Of a stretch of 64,000 nt of DNA, positions 1 to 9,493 are shown in pieces. This DNA comes from an uncultured Pelosinus sp. (GTDB lineage: Bacteria > Bacillota > Negativicutes > Sporomusales > Acetonemataceae). The position numbers were made by a program, and so were the translations under genes. The stretch spans positions 3,668-67,667 of the forward strand of contig UQPB01000011.1 of NCBI GenBank assembly GCA_900542835.1, written 5' to 3'. Numbering within the stretch: position 1 is the stretch's first letter; every line of letters starts with the position of its first letter. The notes beneath the pieces are model-generated. The model had not been told where the DNA came from and did no database searches. It saw only the letters and a program-made list of their open reading frames with translations.

Positions 1-893
1 GGGAAGATCGAAAAAACGGCAGACTGCGCAGCAGCAGGCTTGGTGTTGATGCCGGCAAACTGATTCGCGCCGGTGCGCTGGCGCAATTCTTTGCCCTGTT
101 CATCGATCTGCAGCAGCATGCCGACCCACTGGCGGCGGTGCAGTCAATGGCGACGCTGTTCGCCGGCGAAGTCGCCGCTAATGCCGATTGTCTGGCGGTG
201 GCGGGCTCAGCCGCGGATATGGAGGCTAACCGCCGTCAGGGAAAGATATCCTGCTTTTTGACGTTGGAAGAGGGGGGGGCACTGGCGGGCCGGCTGGAAA
301 ACCTGCAGGTTGTCCGTGAGCTGGGCGTCAGACTGATCACCTTAACCTGGAATTATCCTAACGAGATTGGCTACCCCAATCATGAGTGGCAATACAGCCG
401 GCAGGGGCTGACCGCGTTTGGACGGGATGTTGTTGAGGAAATGAATCGGCTGGGACTGGTAGTTGACGTTTCTCATCTTTCCGACCAGGGTGTTTTTGAC
501 GTGGCCCGCATTTGCCGACGGCCGTTTATCGCTTCTCACTCCAATGCCCGGGCAATCGCTGTTCACAGCCGCAATTTGACTGATGAAATGATCAGGATTA
601 TTGCCGGAAGCGGCGGTGTTGTCGGACTTAATTTATGTCCCGAATTTTTAGGCGGCGACAGCGGGATCGGCGCAATGGTCAGCCATGTGCGCCACATCAT
701 CAATACCGGCGGCAGCGACTGCGCGGCGCTGGGGACCGATTTCGACGGTATTGAGCCGCCTCGCGAGCTTGCCGATATCGGACAGATTGGCAGGCTGGCG
801 CGGGCACTGGAGCAGGCGGGCTTGACGGAAACGGAGCGGGAAAAGTTTTTCTGGCGGAACGCGGCAAGAGTGATTTCTGACAGCATGGACTGA
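1..893 (+). CDS. Membrane dipeptidase (peptidase M19 / renal dipeptidase family), 5'-partial
   Basis: ORF 138..893 is open to the window start; HLSDQG...IASHSNARAI and surrounding motifs match the M19 dipeptidase fold; about 60 aa of the N-terminus lie outside the window. Confidence 0.7.
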   Translation, partial: EDRKNGRLRSSRLGVDAGKLIRAGALAQFFALFIDLQQHADPLAAVQSMATLFAGEVAANADCLAVAGSAADMEANRRQGKISCFLTLEEGGALAGRLENLQVVRELGVRLITLTWNYPNEIGYPNHEWQYSRQGLTAFGRDVVEEMNRLGLVVDVSHLSDQGVFDVARICRRPFIASHSNARAIAVHSRNLTDEMIRIIAGSGGVVGLNLCPEFLGGDSGIGAMVSHVRHIINTGGSDCAALGTDFDGIEPPRELADIGQIGRLARALEQAGLTETEREKFFWRNAARVISDSMD

Positions 894-1053
894 TCGCTGT
901 ATTGGTATATGTTATTTGCGGCCCTGACAGGAAAATATGGCCTGATATAAAAAATACAGAATTTTATGTTAAGAGTGAAAAGGGATTTTGCCGTAAATAG
1001 CGTATACAATATAAGGAGAAAACAATGAATTTTCTTAATTTAAGGAGGTACGT

Positions 1054-2370
1054 ATGAGCCGATTCAGTCGTTTCCTGACCGTTATGCTCGTTTTTGGTCT
1101 GTTGACAATTCTGACAGGCTGCGGCGGCAAGCAAGCACCGGCGCCGTCCGGCGATCAAAAGCTTGCCGGCAAGACTATCCGTGTATTGATGGCCAATCAT
1201 CCCTATCCGGAAGCGATTAAGCCGCTAATTGCCGAATTTGAAAAGAAAACCGGCGCTAAAGTCAATCTGGAAAGCTATACCGAAGATCAACTGACGCAGA
1301 AGCTGACGGTCGAATTCACCTCCGGCAAGTCAACTGTGGATGTGTTTATGACCCGGCCGCTTCAGGAAGGCCGGTTGTTCACAAAGAATAAATGGTATGA
1401 GCCGCTGAATGAGCGGATTGAAAAGGCGGCCGCCTGGGACTGGAAAGACTTTCCCAAGTCCACGGTTGATGCGGTGACCTATGGCGGCAGCATCAATTCC
1501 GTGCCGATTGTCACGGAATGGCAAACGCTTTTTTATCGTAAGGATTTATTCGAACAGGCCGGCCTGAAGCCGCCTACCAATCTGGATGAACTGGAAGCGG
1601 CGGCTAAGAAGCTGCATAATCCCGCCGCCGGCGTTTACGGTATCGTATCCCGCGGTCAGCGGGCCAACGCGGTTACCCAGTTATCAAGCTATCTGTACAA
1701 TTTTGGCGGCGACTGGATTAAGGACGGCAAAGCCGTCATCAACAGTCCGGAGGCGGTAAAGGCGTTCGCCTATTACGGCCGCCTGCTGCATGATTACGGC
1801 CCTCCCGGCGTGACAAACATGCATTGGCCGCAAGCGCAGGCGCTGATGGCCAGCGGCAAGGCCGCTATGTGGACAGACGCCAGCACCCTGCTGGAAGGCC
1901 TGATCAATCCCGCCAAATCACAGGTTGCCGATAAAATCGGCATTGCACAATTCCCGGCCGGACCTAACGGCAACCATCCGTTCCTGGTTGTACCCTGGGC
2001 GATGGCAGTCAGTGCTCAGTCGCAGCAAAAAGACGCTGCCTGGGAATTTTTGCAATGGGCCTCAAGCAAGGACATCATGGTGAAAGCGCAATTGGCAGGC
2101 AATACGACCTCCCGTACCTCCATTTGGGGTGATGCCGAGGTTGTGAAAAAGTTGTACCCCGGTTTAGCCGACGATTTCAAGAAAGTCGGCCCAATCGCCA
2201 CGCCTTATGACCGTCCGCCAATGACAGCGGTTGTCGAGGCCCGCGATGCGATCGGCGAGGTGATCGTAAAATCGATAGAGTCCGGCGGCAAGGCCGATCT
2301 GGCTGGCCTGGCGAATAAGGCCGCTGCCAAAGTCGATGAATTGTTGAATAAAGCCGGCGAAGGCAAGTAA
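1054..2370 (+). CDS. ABC transporter substrate-binding lipoprotein (solute-binding family 1, sugar/oligosaccharide type)
   Basis: 438 aa; lipobox LTGCGG after signal peptide; RBS aaggagg 7 nt upstream; first gene of a four-gene ABC operon. Confidence 0.75.
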   Translation: MSRFSRFLTVMLVFGLLTILTGCGGKQAPAPSGDQKLAGKTIRVLMANHPYPEAIKPLIAEFEKKTGAKVNLESYTEDQLTQKLTVEFTSGKSTVDVFMTRPLQEGRLFTKNKWYEPLNERIEKAAAWDWKDFPKSTVDAVTYGGSINSVPIVTEWQTLFYRKDLFEQAGLKPPTNLDELEAAAKKLHNPAAGVYGIVSRGQRANAVTQLSSYLYNFGGDWIKDGKAVINSPEAVKAFAYYGRLLHDYGPPGVTNMHWPQAQALMASGKAAMWTDASTLLEGLINPAKSQVADKIGIAQFPAGPNGNHPFLVVPWAMAVSAQSQQKDAAWEFLQWASSKDIMVKAQLAGNTTSRTSIWGDAEVVKKLYPGLADDFKKVGPIATPYDRPPMTAVVEARDAIGEVIVKSIESGGKADLAGLANKAAAKVDELLNKAGEGK

Positions 2371-2505
2371 TAGCCAGCGCCGCCGGCTGGCCGCTGATTA
2401 AATGGACCAGTCAGGATGTTGTGTGCATAATCAGCGGTTACCGGGGAAGAGCGTAAAGCGGCAGAGGGTTACGGCGAGTTGAGGGCAGGCAAGCCGTAAC
2501 CCTTT

Positions 2506-3411
2506 GTGACGCTACACCACAACATGGGGGTTGATTGCTTGAATGGAATGATTGAACGCCACTTGCGCTGGATTTTCCCGCTGCCATCGGTCCTTTTTAT
2601 TATGGCGATGATGGCGTTTCCGGTTTTGTTTACAATCGGCGTCAGTCTGACAGACTGGTCAATGACCAGCGGTGCCGATCCCCGCTTTATCGGACTGAAC
2701 AATTATCGCGATTTGCTGCAGGACAGCCGCTTCTACAATGCGGTTTGGCTGACTTTGTATTTTACCGTTCTGGCTGTGGGGGTCGAGACCGTCCTGGGTG
2801 TCGGCATGGCCCTGATTTTGAACCGGGAGTTCACCGGGAAAAGCCTGGTCAAGGGCCTGCTGTTGCTGCCGATGGTGGCTACTCCGGTCGCGATCGGACT
2901 GGCCTGGACGCTGTTTTATGAACCGTCGATCGGTTTGGCGAACTATGCCTTGACTTCCTTGGGGCTGCCTGCCTCAAGATGGCTGGCATCGCCGTCTTCC
3001 GTCATTCCGGCGCTGGCAATTGTTGATATCTGGCAATGGACGCCGATGATCGCGCTAATTGTAATGGCTGGCTTGGCTTCGCTGCCGCATGATCCCTTTG
3101 AGGCAGCCATGGTTGATGGCGCGACTCCCTTGCAGGTTTTTCGGTTCGTAACATTGCCGATGCTGATGCCGACCATTTTGGTGGCGGTAATCCTACGGGG
3201 AATTGACGCGTTTAAGACCTTTGATATTATTTTGACGATGACAGCGGGCGGACCTGGGTTTGCGTCCGAGACGCTGAATATATACGCCTACAACCTGGGG
3301 TTTGGCTATTTTCGCTTCGGCATGGCCTCAACCGCTCTGGTTGCACTGCTGGCGGTTGTCCTTGGCGGCAGTCTGCTGGTTTTATGGCTGCGCAACCGAT
3401 TTGATTATTGA
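2506..3411 (+). CDS. ABC transporter permease (MalF/UgpA-like)
   Basis: 6 predicted TM segments; EAA-loop-like EAAMVDGATPLQVFRFVTLP; start codon uncertain (internal ATG at 2548 is also possible). Confidence 0.75.
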   Translation: MTLHHNMGVDCLNGMIERHLRWIFPLPSVLFIMAMMAFPVLFTIGVSLTDWSMTSGADPRFIGLNNYRDLLQDSRFYNAVWLTLYFTVLAVGVETVLGVGMALILNREFTGKSLVKGLLLLPMVATPVAIGLAWTLFYEPSIGLANYALTSLGLPASRWLASPSSVIPALAIVDIWQWTPMIALIVMAGLASLPHDPFEAAMVDGATPLQVFRFVTLPMLMPTILVAVILRGIDAFKTFDIILTMTAGGPGFASETLNIYAYNLGFGYFRFGMASTALVALLAVVLGGSLLVLWLRNRFDY

Positions 3412-3431
3412 ATAAGCAGGGAAGTGACGCT

Positions 3432-4250
3432 ATGAATAACCGGAATGGATTGTCAAAACTTATCTGGTATGGTCTGGTTCTGGCGGTTGTGATTCCGTTT
3501 GTGTTTCCACTGGTCTGGATCATCGCCTCCTCATTCAAGACACAGGCGCAGATTGTCGCTTCGCCTCCGGTATGGCTGTTTACCCCGACCTTTGAAAATT
3601 ACCGCAACGTCTTTGTTGATCAGCAGTTCGGCCGCTTTCTCTGGAACAGCGCGGTCATTGCCGTTGGCTCGACGCTGCTGTCTCTGCTGATCGGTCTGCC
3701 GGCCGCCTACTCCATCTCGCGTTATGGCCAAAAGATCATTGGCGTCTTTATTTTGCTGGCCCGGGTTATGCCAGGCATTTCCTTTCTGATTCCCTGGTTT
3801 ATTCTCTTTTCCCGGCTGGGACTTATTGACACATTTACGTCGCTGATCGCCAGTCATATGATGGTAGGGCTGCCACTGATCGTTTGGATTATGATCAACT
3901 ACTTTGACAATTTTCCTCACGAATTGGAGGAAGCGGCGCAGGTTGACGGCTGTACCCTGCATGGCGCATTCTTTCGGATTGTACTGCCGCTGGCTGGCCC
4001 CGGCATCCTGACGGCCAGTACCTTATCGTTCCTGTTTTCCTGGAACAATTTTATGTTCTCGCTGGTGCTGAGCGCGCAACACACGAAGACGCTGCCGATC
4101 GCCATTTTTAACTTTGTCTCTTATGCAGAGGTCGGATGGGGCAATGTAATGGCTGCGGCCGTTGTCATAATTGCGCCTGCGATCATCCTGACTATGCTGT
4201 TCCAGCGCTATGTTATCAAGGGTCTGACAGCGGGAGCCGTTAAGGGCTGA
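3432..4250 (+). CDS. ABC transporter permease (MalG/UgpE-like)
   Basis: TM-rich; EAA loop EEAAQVDGCTLHGAFFRIVLP; RBS gggaag upstream of ATG 3432 (ORF track start 3408 overlaps the upstream stop). Confidence 0.75.
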   Translation: MNNRNGLSKLIWYGLVLAVVIPFVFPLVWIIASSFKTQAQIVASPPVWLFTPTFENYRNVFVDQQFGRFLWNSAVIAVGSTLLSLLIGLPAAYSISRYGQKIIGVFILLARVMPGISFLIPWFILFSRLGLIDTFTSLIASHMMVGLPLIVWIMINYFDNFPHELEEAAQVDGCTLHGAFFRIVLPLAGPGILTASTLSFLFSWNNFMFSLVLSAQHTKTLPIAIFNFVSYAEVGWGNVMAAAVVIIAPAIILTMLFQRYVIKGLTAGAVKG

Positions 4251-4306
4251 CGCATCTGTATTTTCAAAAAATCCAGCAGTGAAAATGAAGGAACGGAGTT
4301 GAGCGA

Positions 4307-5389
4307 ATGGGAACAGTGGTTTGTGAACATCTGCGCAAGGAATTTAGCGGCGGCGTTGTTGCCGTCGATGATTTTCATGTTGATTTCGGCGAGAATGAGT
4401 TTGTTGTCATCGTCGGACCGTCGGGCTGCGGCAAGTCAACCACGCTGCGGATGATTGCCGGACTGGAGGAACGCACCGCCGGCAATATTTATATTCAGGG
4501 GCGGCTTGTCAATGACGAGCCGCCGCGGAATCGCAATATTGCCATGGTTTTTCAGAATTACGCCCTGTATCCGCATATGAATGTATATGAAAATATGGCG
4601 TTTGGTTTAAAACTGAATCAGGTGCCAAAATCGGAAATTGAACAGCGGGTAAGGGAAGCTGCCGATATTTTGGGAATCAGCGGCTATCTTGCGCGCAAGC
4701 CCAAGGAATTGTCCGGCGGACAGCGGCAGCGGGTCGCGCTGGGCAGAGCGATTGTGCGCAATCCATCCGTATTTCTCATGGACGAGCCGCTGTCCAATCT
4801 TGATGCCAAGCTGCGGGTCCAGATGCGGGCGGAAATAATAAAACTGCATCGCCGGATTGGTGTATCCACTATTTATGTTACGCATGACCAGACAGAGGCA
4901 ATGACAATGGCTGATCGCATCATTGTCATGAAAGACGGCTTTGTCCACCAGATTGCCAGTCCGCAAGACTTGTATGACAAACCGGTTAACCGCTTTGTCG
5001 CCGGTTTTATCGGTACGCCGCCGATGAATTTTCTTGACGTGTCGGTAACCGGATTGGGAGAGGGTCTGGTGCTGACTGCCGATGATGTCGCGATTCCGGT
5101 TCCGGACGAATGGGCGGCCACGGTCAGATCGCTCGGCCTGCAGCGGGTCACGCTGGGGGTCCGGGCCGAGAATGCCTGCCCGGCGGCGGAGGGAACGGTC
5201 CGGGCGCTGGTGGAAGTTGTCGAACCGCTTGGCTCGGAAAATATTTTGAGCCTGAAGGCTGGCGGTCAGCCGCTTTTGGTCCGGGTGAGTCCCGACTATC
5301 GTCCCGCTGCCGGATCGGTTATCGGGCTGACAGTTGAAATGGCTAAAGCACATTTATTTGATTATGAAAGCGGGCACGCCTATTTTTAA
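4307..5389 (+). CDS. ABC transporter ATP-binding protein (MalK/UgpC-like with C-terminal TOBE-type regulatory domain)
   Basis: Walker [10 protein letters not shown], signature LSGGQRQR, Walker B FLMDEPLSNLD; 360 aa with C-terminal extension. Confidence 0.85.
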   Translation: MGTVVCEHLRKEFSGGVVAVDDFHVDFGENEFVVIVGPSGCGKSTTLRMIAGLEERTAGNIYIQGRLVNDEPPRNRNIAMVFQNYALYPHMNVYENMAFGLKLNQVPKSEIEQRVREAADILGISGYLARKPKELSGGQRQRVALGRAIVRNPSVFLMDEPLSNLDAKLRVQMRAEIIKLHRRIGVSTIYVTHDQTEAMTMADRIIVMKDGFVHQIASPQDLYDKPVNRFVAGFIGTPPMNFLDVSVTGLGEGLVLTADDVAIPVPDEWAATVRSLGLQRVTLGVRAENACPAAEGTVRALVEVVEPLGSENILSLKAGGQPLLVRVSPDYRPAAGSVIGLTVEMAKAHLFDYESGHAYF

Positions 5390-5480
5390 GCGCTGCCAAC
5401 GCAGTTTTTCCCGCGATGAGTGCAGGAATTGCCGGCTTTTGGGGAGTATATAACTATATTCGCATAATAGGAGGAGACTA

Positions 5481-6077
5481 ATGAAGAAACTATTGCTGCT
5501 AATTTCCATGGTCCTGTTCTCAGTGACTACCGGCTGCGCTGGCGGTCCGGCTCCGGAAAAAGCCAAACCTGCCGAACCGCCGGCTGAAGGACAAAATCAG
5601 GCTGCTGCGGACAAGAAAAACAGCATCGCCAAGTTTGAAACCTCGAAAGGCGTATTTAGCGTCGAATTGTTTGAGGACAAAGCGCCGATTACCACCGGCA
5701 ATTTTATTTCACTGGTTGGCAAGAAGTTTTATGACGGCGTTATTTTTCACCGGGTCATTGACGGATTTATGATCCAGGGGGGCGATCCGAAGGGAACCGG
5801 CACCGGCGGCCCGGGCTATACGATTCCCGATGAGTTTCATCCTGCCCTGAAGCATAGCGAACCCGGCATTTTGTCGATGGCTAACGCCGGGCCCAATACC
5901 GGCGGCTCTCAGTTCTTTATTACCCTTGCAGCCACTCCCTGGCTCGATAACCGGCATGCCATTTTTGGCAAAGTCATTGAAGGCATGGATGTGGTCGAAG
6001 CGATCGGCAAGGTAAAAACCGGTCCTATGGACCGGCCGGTCGAAGAAGTGGTTATAAAAAAGATTACCCTGCAATAA
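5481..6077 (+). CDS. Cyclophilin-type peptidyl-prolyl cis-trans isomerase, lipoprotein
   Basis: Signal peptide with lipobox TTGCAG; [14 protein letters not shown] and [17 protein letters not shown] cyclophilin motifs; RBS aggagg. Confidence 0.85.
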   Translation: MKKLLLLISMVLFSVTTGCAGGPAPEKAKPAEPPAEGQNQAAADKKNSIAKFETSKGVFSVELFEDKAPITTGNFISLVGKKFYDGVIFHRVIDGFMIQGGDPKGTGTGGPGYTIPDEFHPALKHSEPGILSMANAGPNTGGSQFFITLAATPWLDNRHAIFGKVIEGMDVVEAIGKVKTGPMDRPVEEVVIKKITLQ

Positions 6078-6086
6078 CAACTGAAA

Positions 6087-6278
6087 AACCTTATTGCAGG
6101 CCGTTCAGAAAGCGCTAGATACTAGGCGGACTCGTGAGCCCAGCAGCGACGCGTACGAAAAGGCACGCTAGCCAAGGGATCGCGAGTCCGTTGCGCAACT
6201 CTTGGCGCTTTAGCGCCTTAGTGTTGACGGCATCCCCCTTGCGGGGAACAACGTAGATAGGGCTTTATCAACGGCCTG
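6087..6278 (+). repeat. Stem-closed structured element, family S, copy 1 (192 bp; candidate small RNA) downstream of the PPIase gene
   Basis: CAGGCCGTT..GAAAGC...GCTTT..AACGGCCTG closing stem; conserved core GATACTAGGCGGACTCGyGAGCCCAGCAGCrACGCGTACGrAAAGGyACGCTAGC shared with copy at 63085. Confidence 0.7.
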
Positions 6279-6307
6279 AAAAAAACGCCCGCCCGGGCGT
6301 TTTTTTG
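6279..6307. terminator. Bidirectional rho-independent terminator (AAAAAAACGCCCGCCCGGGCGTTTTTTT) between PPIase and xth
   Basis: GC stem with A-run and T-run on either side. Confidence 0.7.
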
Positions 6308-6310
6308 TCG

Positions 6311-7099
6311 TCAGTCGAGGGTAAAGGTCGCCATGATCGGCGTATGGTCGGAAGGGCGGGGCAGGCGGCGCAGCGAAGTATCGATCACGGCACCGCTGGA
6401 ACGGGCCGCTAACGCCTCAGTTGCCCAGATATGGTCAATCCGCCAGCCCAGGCCCCGTTCCAGCGCATTTTTTACCCGGTAATCCCAAAAGGTGTAATGG
6501 CCCTTTTCCGGAACATGACGCCGAAAAACGTCGACAAAACCCCATTCCTTTACTTCCTCCAGAGCGGCATGTTCCTCGGGGTGGTAACCGACCCGTCCCA
6601 GCAGGCGGTCCGGGTCGTATATATCCAGCGGCTGCGGCGCTACATTGAAATCGCCCAGCCAGATGAGCGGCTGATCCGGCTGATAGTGGCGGCTGCAATA
6701 GTCCTTCATGTGCCGCAGCCATTGCAATTTGTATTGAAAATAATCAGTTCCAGGCTCCCGGCCCTGCGGTACATAGGTATTGATAACCGAGAAAGCGGCA
6801 AACCGGGCGGCAATTAGACGGGCTTCGCCCGGAAGACCCCATTCGTCAAGTCCGAACGATATCGCCAGCGGCTTTTCGCGGCTGAGGATGGCGACGCCAT
6901 TCTTACCCTTTTCACCGCGAAAGGCAACGTGGTAGCCGGCTTGCGTCAGCGGCTCCAGCGGGAAGTCGGCATCCTGAACCTTGGTTTCCTGCAGGCCGAC
7001 GATGGCGGGCGCTTCCCGCTCCAGCCACTGCAGCAGGTCTGTCATGCGGATGCGAACAGAATTAATATTGAAGCTGGCAATCTTCCAGAGTGATGACAT
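6311..7099 (-). CDS. xth: Exodeoxyribonuclease III (AP endonuclease)
   Basis: IASFNINSVR..GLQETK...WRIDHIW motifs of the ExoIII/EEP family; true start taken as internal Met (MSSLWKIA) at 7097-7099, not the 344-aa ORF-track start. Confidence 0.85.
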   Translation of the reverse strand: MSSLWKIASFNINSVRIRMTDLLQWLEREAPAIVGLQETKVQDADFPLEPLTQAGYHVAFRGEKGKNGVAILSREKPLAISFGLDEWGLPGEARLIAARFAAFSVINTYVPQGREPGTDYFQYKLQWLRHMKDYCSRHYQPDQPLIWLGDFNVAPQPLDIYDPDRLLGRVGYHPEEHAALEEVKEWGFVDVFRRHVPEKGHYTFWDYRVKNALERGLGWRIDHIWATEALAARSSGAVIDTSLRRLPRPSDHTPIMATFTLD

Positions 7100-7274
7100 G
7101 CGGCATTCCTCCTTGTTATCTCGCCCGGCTGCATTGCCCGGACAAACGACTGTGGCAATACGATTCGCTGGCGGCATTCTCGATTCCTGCTGCAGTGATG
7201 CCGGATCTGCGGTCTGGCAGATTTTTGCTGCTGCCTGTACGGCGGTTTTCGCGCCGGCCCGGAGAAATCCGTTT

Positions 7275-7303
7275 TGACTTGCGGACAGCGGCAGGGTACA
7301 ATA
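7275..7303 (+). promoter_or_regulatory. Sigma-A-type promoter of the DUF2156-Eis-NSS operon (TTGACT-N17-TACAAT)
   Basis: Hexamers read directly; ~40 nt upstream of ATG 7345. Confidence 0.5.
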
Positions 7304-7344
7304 GTAGAAGTGAAATTCAATAATGATGAATCCAGAGGTGGACA

Positions 7345-8244
7345 ATGATTCCCTTTCAACCGATTACACTTGCGGATAAGCCGCTGTTTGATTCTTTTTT
7401 TCGCGCCAAACGCTATGAGCAGTCTTCCTGTACCTTTACCAATTTGTATATGTGGCGCTGCTGCTACAATATTGTCTGGGCGGTGGTCGACGATTGCCTG
7501 TGTCTGCAGGTTACCTACGGCGGTGCAACTTACAGCCTGCCCCCGTTCGGACCGGACCAGGAGCGGTTCCGGTCGGCTCTTGCCAAGCTGGAACAGCATT
7601 ATCAGGAGTCGGGCCTGCCATTTGTCATGAAGTCGGCTACCACCGACATGGTGGAGTGGTGCGAGGCTGCCAAACCGGGTTATTTTGTGTTTGAGTCTGA
7701 TCGCGATAATTACGATTATGTCTATTCGACCCGGGACCTGATTGAATTGCAGGGACGTAAATTCCATATCAAGAAAAACCATCTCAACCGGTTCCGGAAA
7801 ATGTACAGTCAATATGAATACAAGCCGATTGATACTGCTTTGACAGAAGCCTGCATTGAGTATGAGCTGGAATGGTACGGCAAGCGGGAGGGCGAGCCGG
7901 ATCCTTCGCTGTTGTGTGAGCGCGACGCCATTATTGACGTTATGCGGCACTGGGACACTCTCGGCGTCAGCGGTGGTGTCATCCTGATTAATGGCCGGAT
8001 TGAGGCATTTACCTTTGGCGAGATGCTCAATGACGATACGGCTGTCATTCATGTGGAAAAAGGCAACGCCGATATTCGCGGTATTTATCAGGCGATTAAT
8101 CAGGAATTTTGCGAAAAAACCTGGAGCCAGGTTCCCTTCGTCAATCGCGAGGAGGATATGGGCATAGCGGGGATTCGCCGGGCGAAGGAATCGTATATGC
8201 CAGTCCGTATGATTGAAAAATACAATATTACGGTTAAAGCCTAG
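7345..8244 (+). CDS. DUF2156 protein (homolog of the C-terminal aminoacyl-tRNA-dependent transferase domain of MprF / lysyl-PG synthase; VlmA-like)
   Basis: 299 aa; conserved FTNLYMWR segment and overall length typical of standalone DUF2156/LPG_synthase_C proteins; sigma-A-like promoter TTGACT-N17-TACAAT ~40 nt upstream. Confidence 0.55.
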   Translation: MIPFQPITLADKPLFDSFFRAKRYEQSSCTFTNLYMWRCCYNIVWAVVDDCLCLQVTYGGATYSLPPFGPDQERFRSALAKLEQHYQESGLPFVMKSATTDMVEWCEAAKPGYFVFESDRDNYDYVYSTRDLIELQGRKFHIKKNHLNRFRKMYSQYEYKPIDTALTEACIEYELEWYGKREGEPDPSLLCERDAIIDVMRHWDTLGVSGGVILINGRIEAFTFGEMLNDDTAVIHVEKGNADIRGIYQAINQEFCEKTWSQVPFVNREEDMGIAGIRRAKESYMPVRMIEKYNITVKA

Positions 8245-8302
8245 GACCTTGCGTCAGCACTGGCTCCGGCCGGTCTCTAGCCGTTTAGGAGGGAGAAGCA
8301 AC

Positions 8303-9466
8303 ATGGAGTTCCGGATCGCGACCGCGACTGATTTTGACAGTGTAAAACGGCTGTGGGCCTACGCGTTTAATGGCGACGAGCCCTTTGCCAGCTGGTATTT
8401 TTCCCGGTTTTACAATCCGGACAATGCCCTGGGCTGCTGGCGGGACGGCCAATTGCTGGCTGTGCTGCACATGCATCCTTATCAGCTTTATCTTCGCGGC
8501 AGTGTTATTGACGCTTCTTACATTGTCGGGGTAGCTACCGATCCGGTGGCCAGGCGCTCGGGACTGACCGGTCCGCTGCTGGCTGAAGCACTGGCGGAAA
8601 TGCGCCGCCGCGGTCGCCCGGTTTCCATTTTAATGCCGTTTAAAGCAGGTTTTTATTACCCTTATGACTGGCGGCTGTGCTATCATCACCTGAAATACAA
8701 CCTGCAGCTTGAAGACCTGCGGCCGGTAGCGAAGCCAGCCGGTGATCTGCGGCCGGCTGGCCTCGCGGATATCGCTGCGTTTGAAGCGGTTTATCAGCGC
8801 TTTGTCACTGGCCGTCACGGCTACGTCGTACGTGCCGCCGGCGATTGGCGGCACCTGCTGGGCGAGCACGAGAACGACGGCGGCTACTGTTATCTGGCGG
8901 AGTTCGACGGTCTTCCGGCCGGTTATATTCTTTACCTGCTTCGCGATGGCAAAATCACCGTGCGGGAGATGGCTTACGCTAACACTACTGCGCAGCAGGC
9001 GTTGCTGGACTTTATTTATAACCACCGTTCGCACGCGCAAAGCGTGGAATGGGACGCGCCGTTTGATCCGGCGGATAAAGTGCTGTTTACGCTGTTTGAA
9101 GCCAAGCAGGATATCAGAGTCTTTCCGTTTATGACCGCCAGGCTGGCTGATATTGAGCAGGCATTGCGGCAAATACACTATCCGGACGGCCTGTGGGAGG
9201 TTGATCTGGCGTTGAGCGATGAACTGGCGGCATGGAATAACCGGGCAATTTCCCTGCAGGTCAGGGAGGGAAGGGCGCAGGTAACGGCGCTCCAGCGCCA
9301 AGCCGCTGCAACCATGACTGTCGGTGCCTTTACCCAATTGGTATTTGGCCGTCTGACAGCTGAAGAATTATGCAATCAGGGCGAACTGGCCGGATCGGAC
9401 GCCGCTGTCGGCGTGCTCGCGCGGTTGTTTCCCCGCTGCGACAATTATATTAACGAGTATTTCTGA
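8303..9466 (+). CDS. Eis-like GNAT N-acetyltransferase (tandem GNAT + SCP2-like C-domain)
   Basis: ~387 aa from ATG 8303 (RBS ggagggag); N-terminal GNAT motifs (VATDPVARRSGLTGPLLAEAL), architecture as in enhanced-intracellular-survival (Eis) proteins; overlaps upstream stop region, so probably translationally coupled. Confidence 0.6.
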   Translation: MEFRIATATDFDSVKRLWAYAFNGDEPFASWYFSRFYNPDNALGCWRDGQLLAVLHMHPYQLYLRGSVIDASYIVGVATDPVARRSGLTGPLLAEALAEMRRRGRPVSILMPFKAGFYYPYDWRLCYHHLKYNLQLEDLRPVAKPAGDLRPAGLADIAAFEAVYQRFVTGRHGYVVRAAGDWRHLLGEHENDGGYCYLAEFDGLPAGYILYLLRDGKITVREMAYANTTAQQALLDFIYNHRSHAQSVEWDAPFDPADKVLFTLFEAKQDIRVFPFMTARLADIEQALRQIHYPDGLWEVDLALSDELAAWNNRAISLQVREGRAQVTALQRQAAATMTVGAFTQLVFGRLTAEELCNQGELAGSDAAVGVLARLFPRCDNYINEYF

Positions 9467-9493
9467 TCGCCGAAGCAATAAGGAGGAGAGAAC

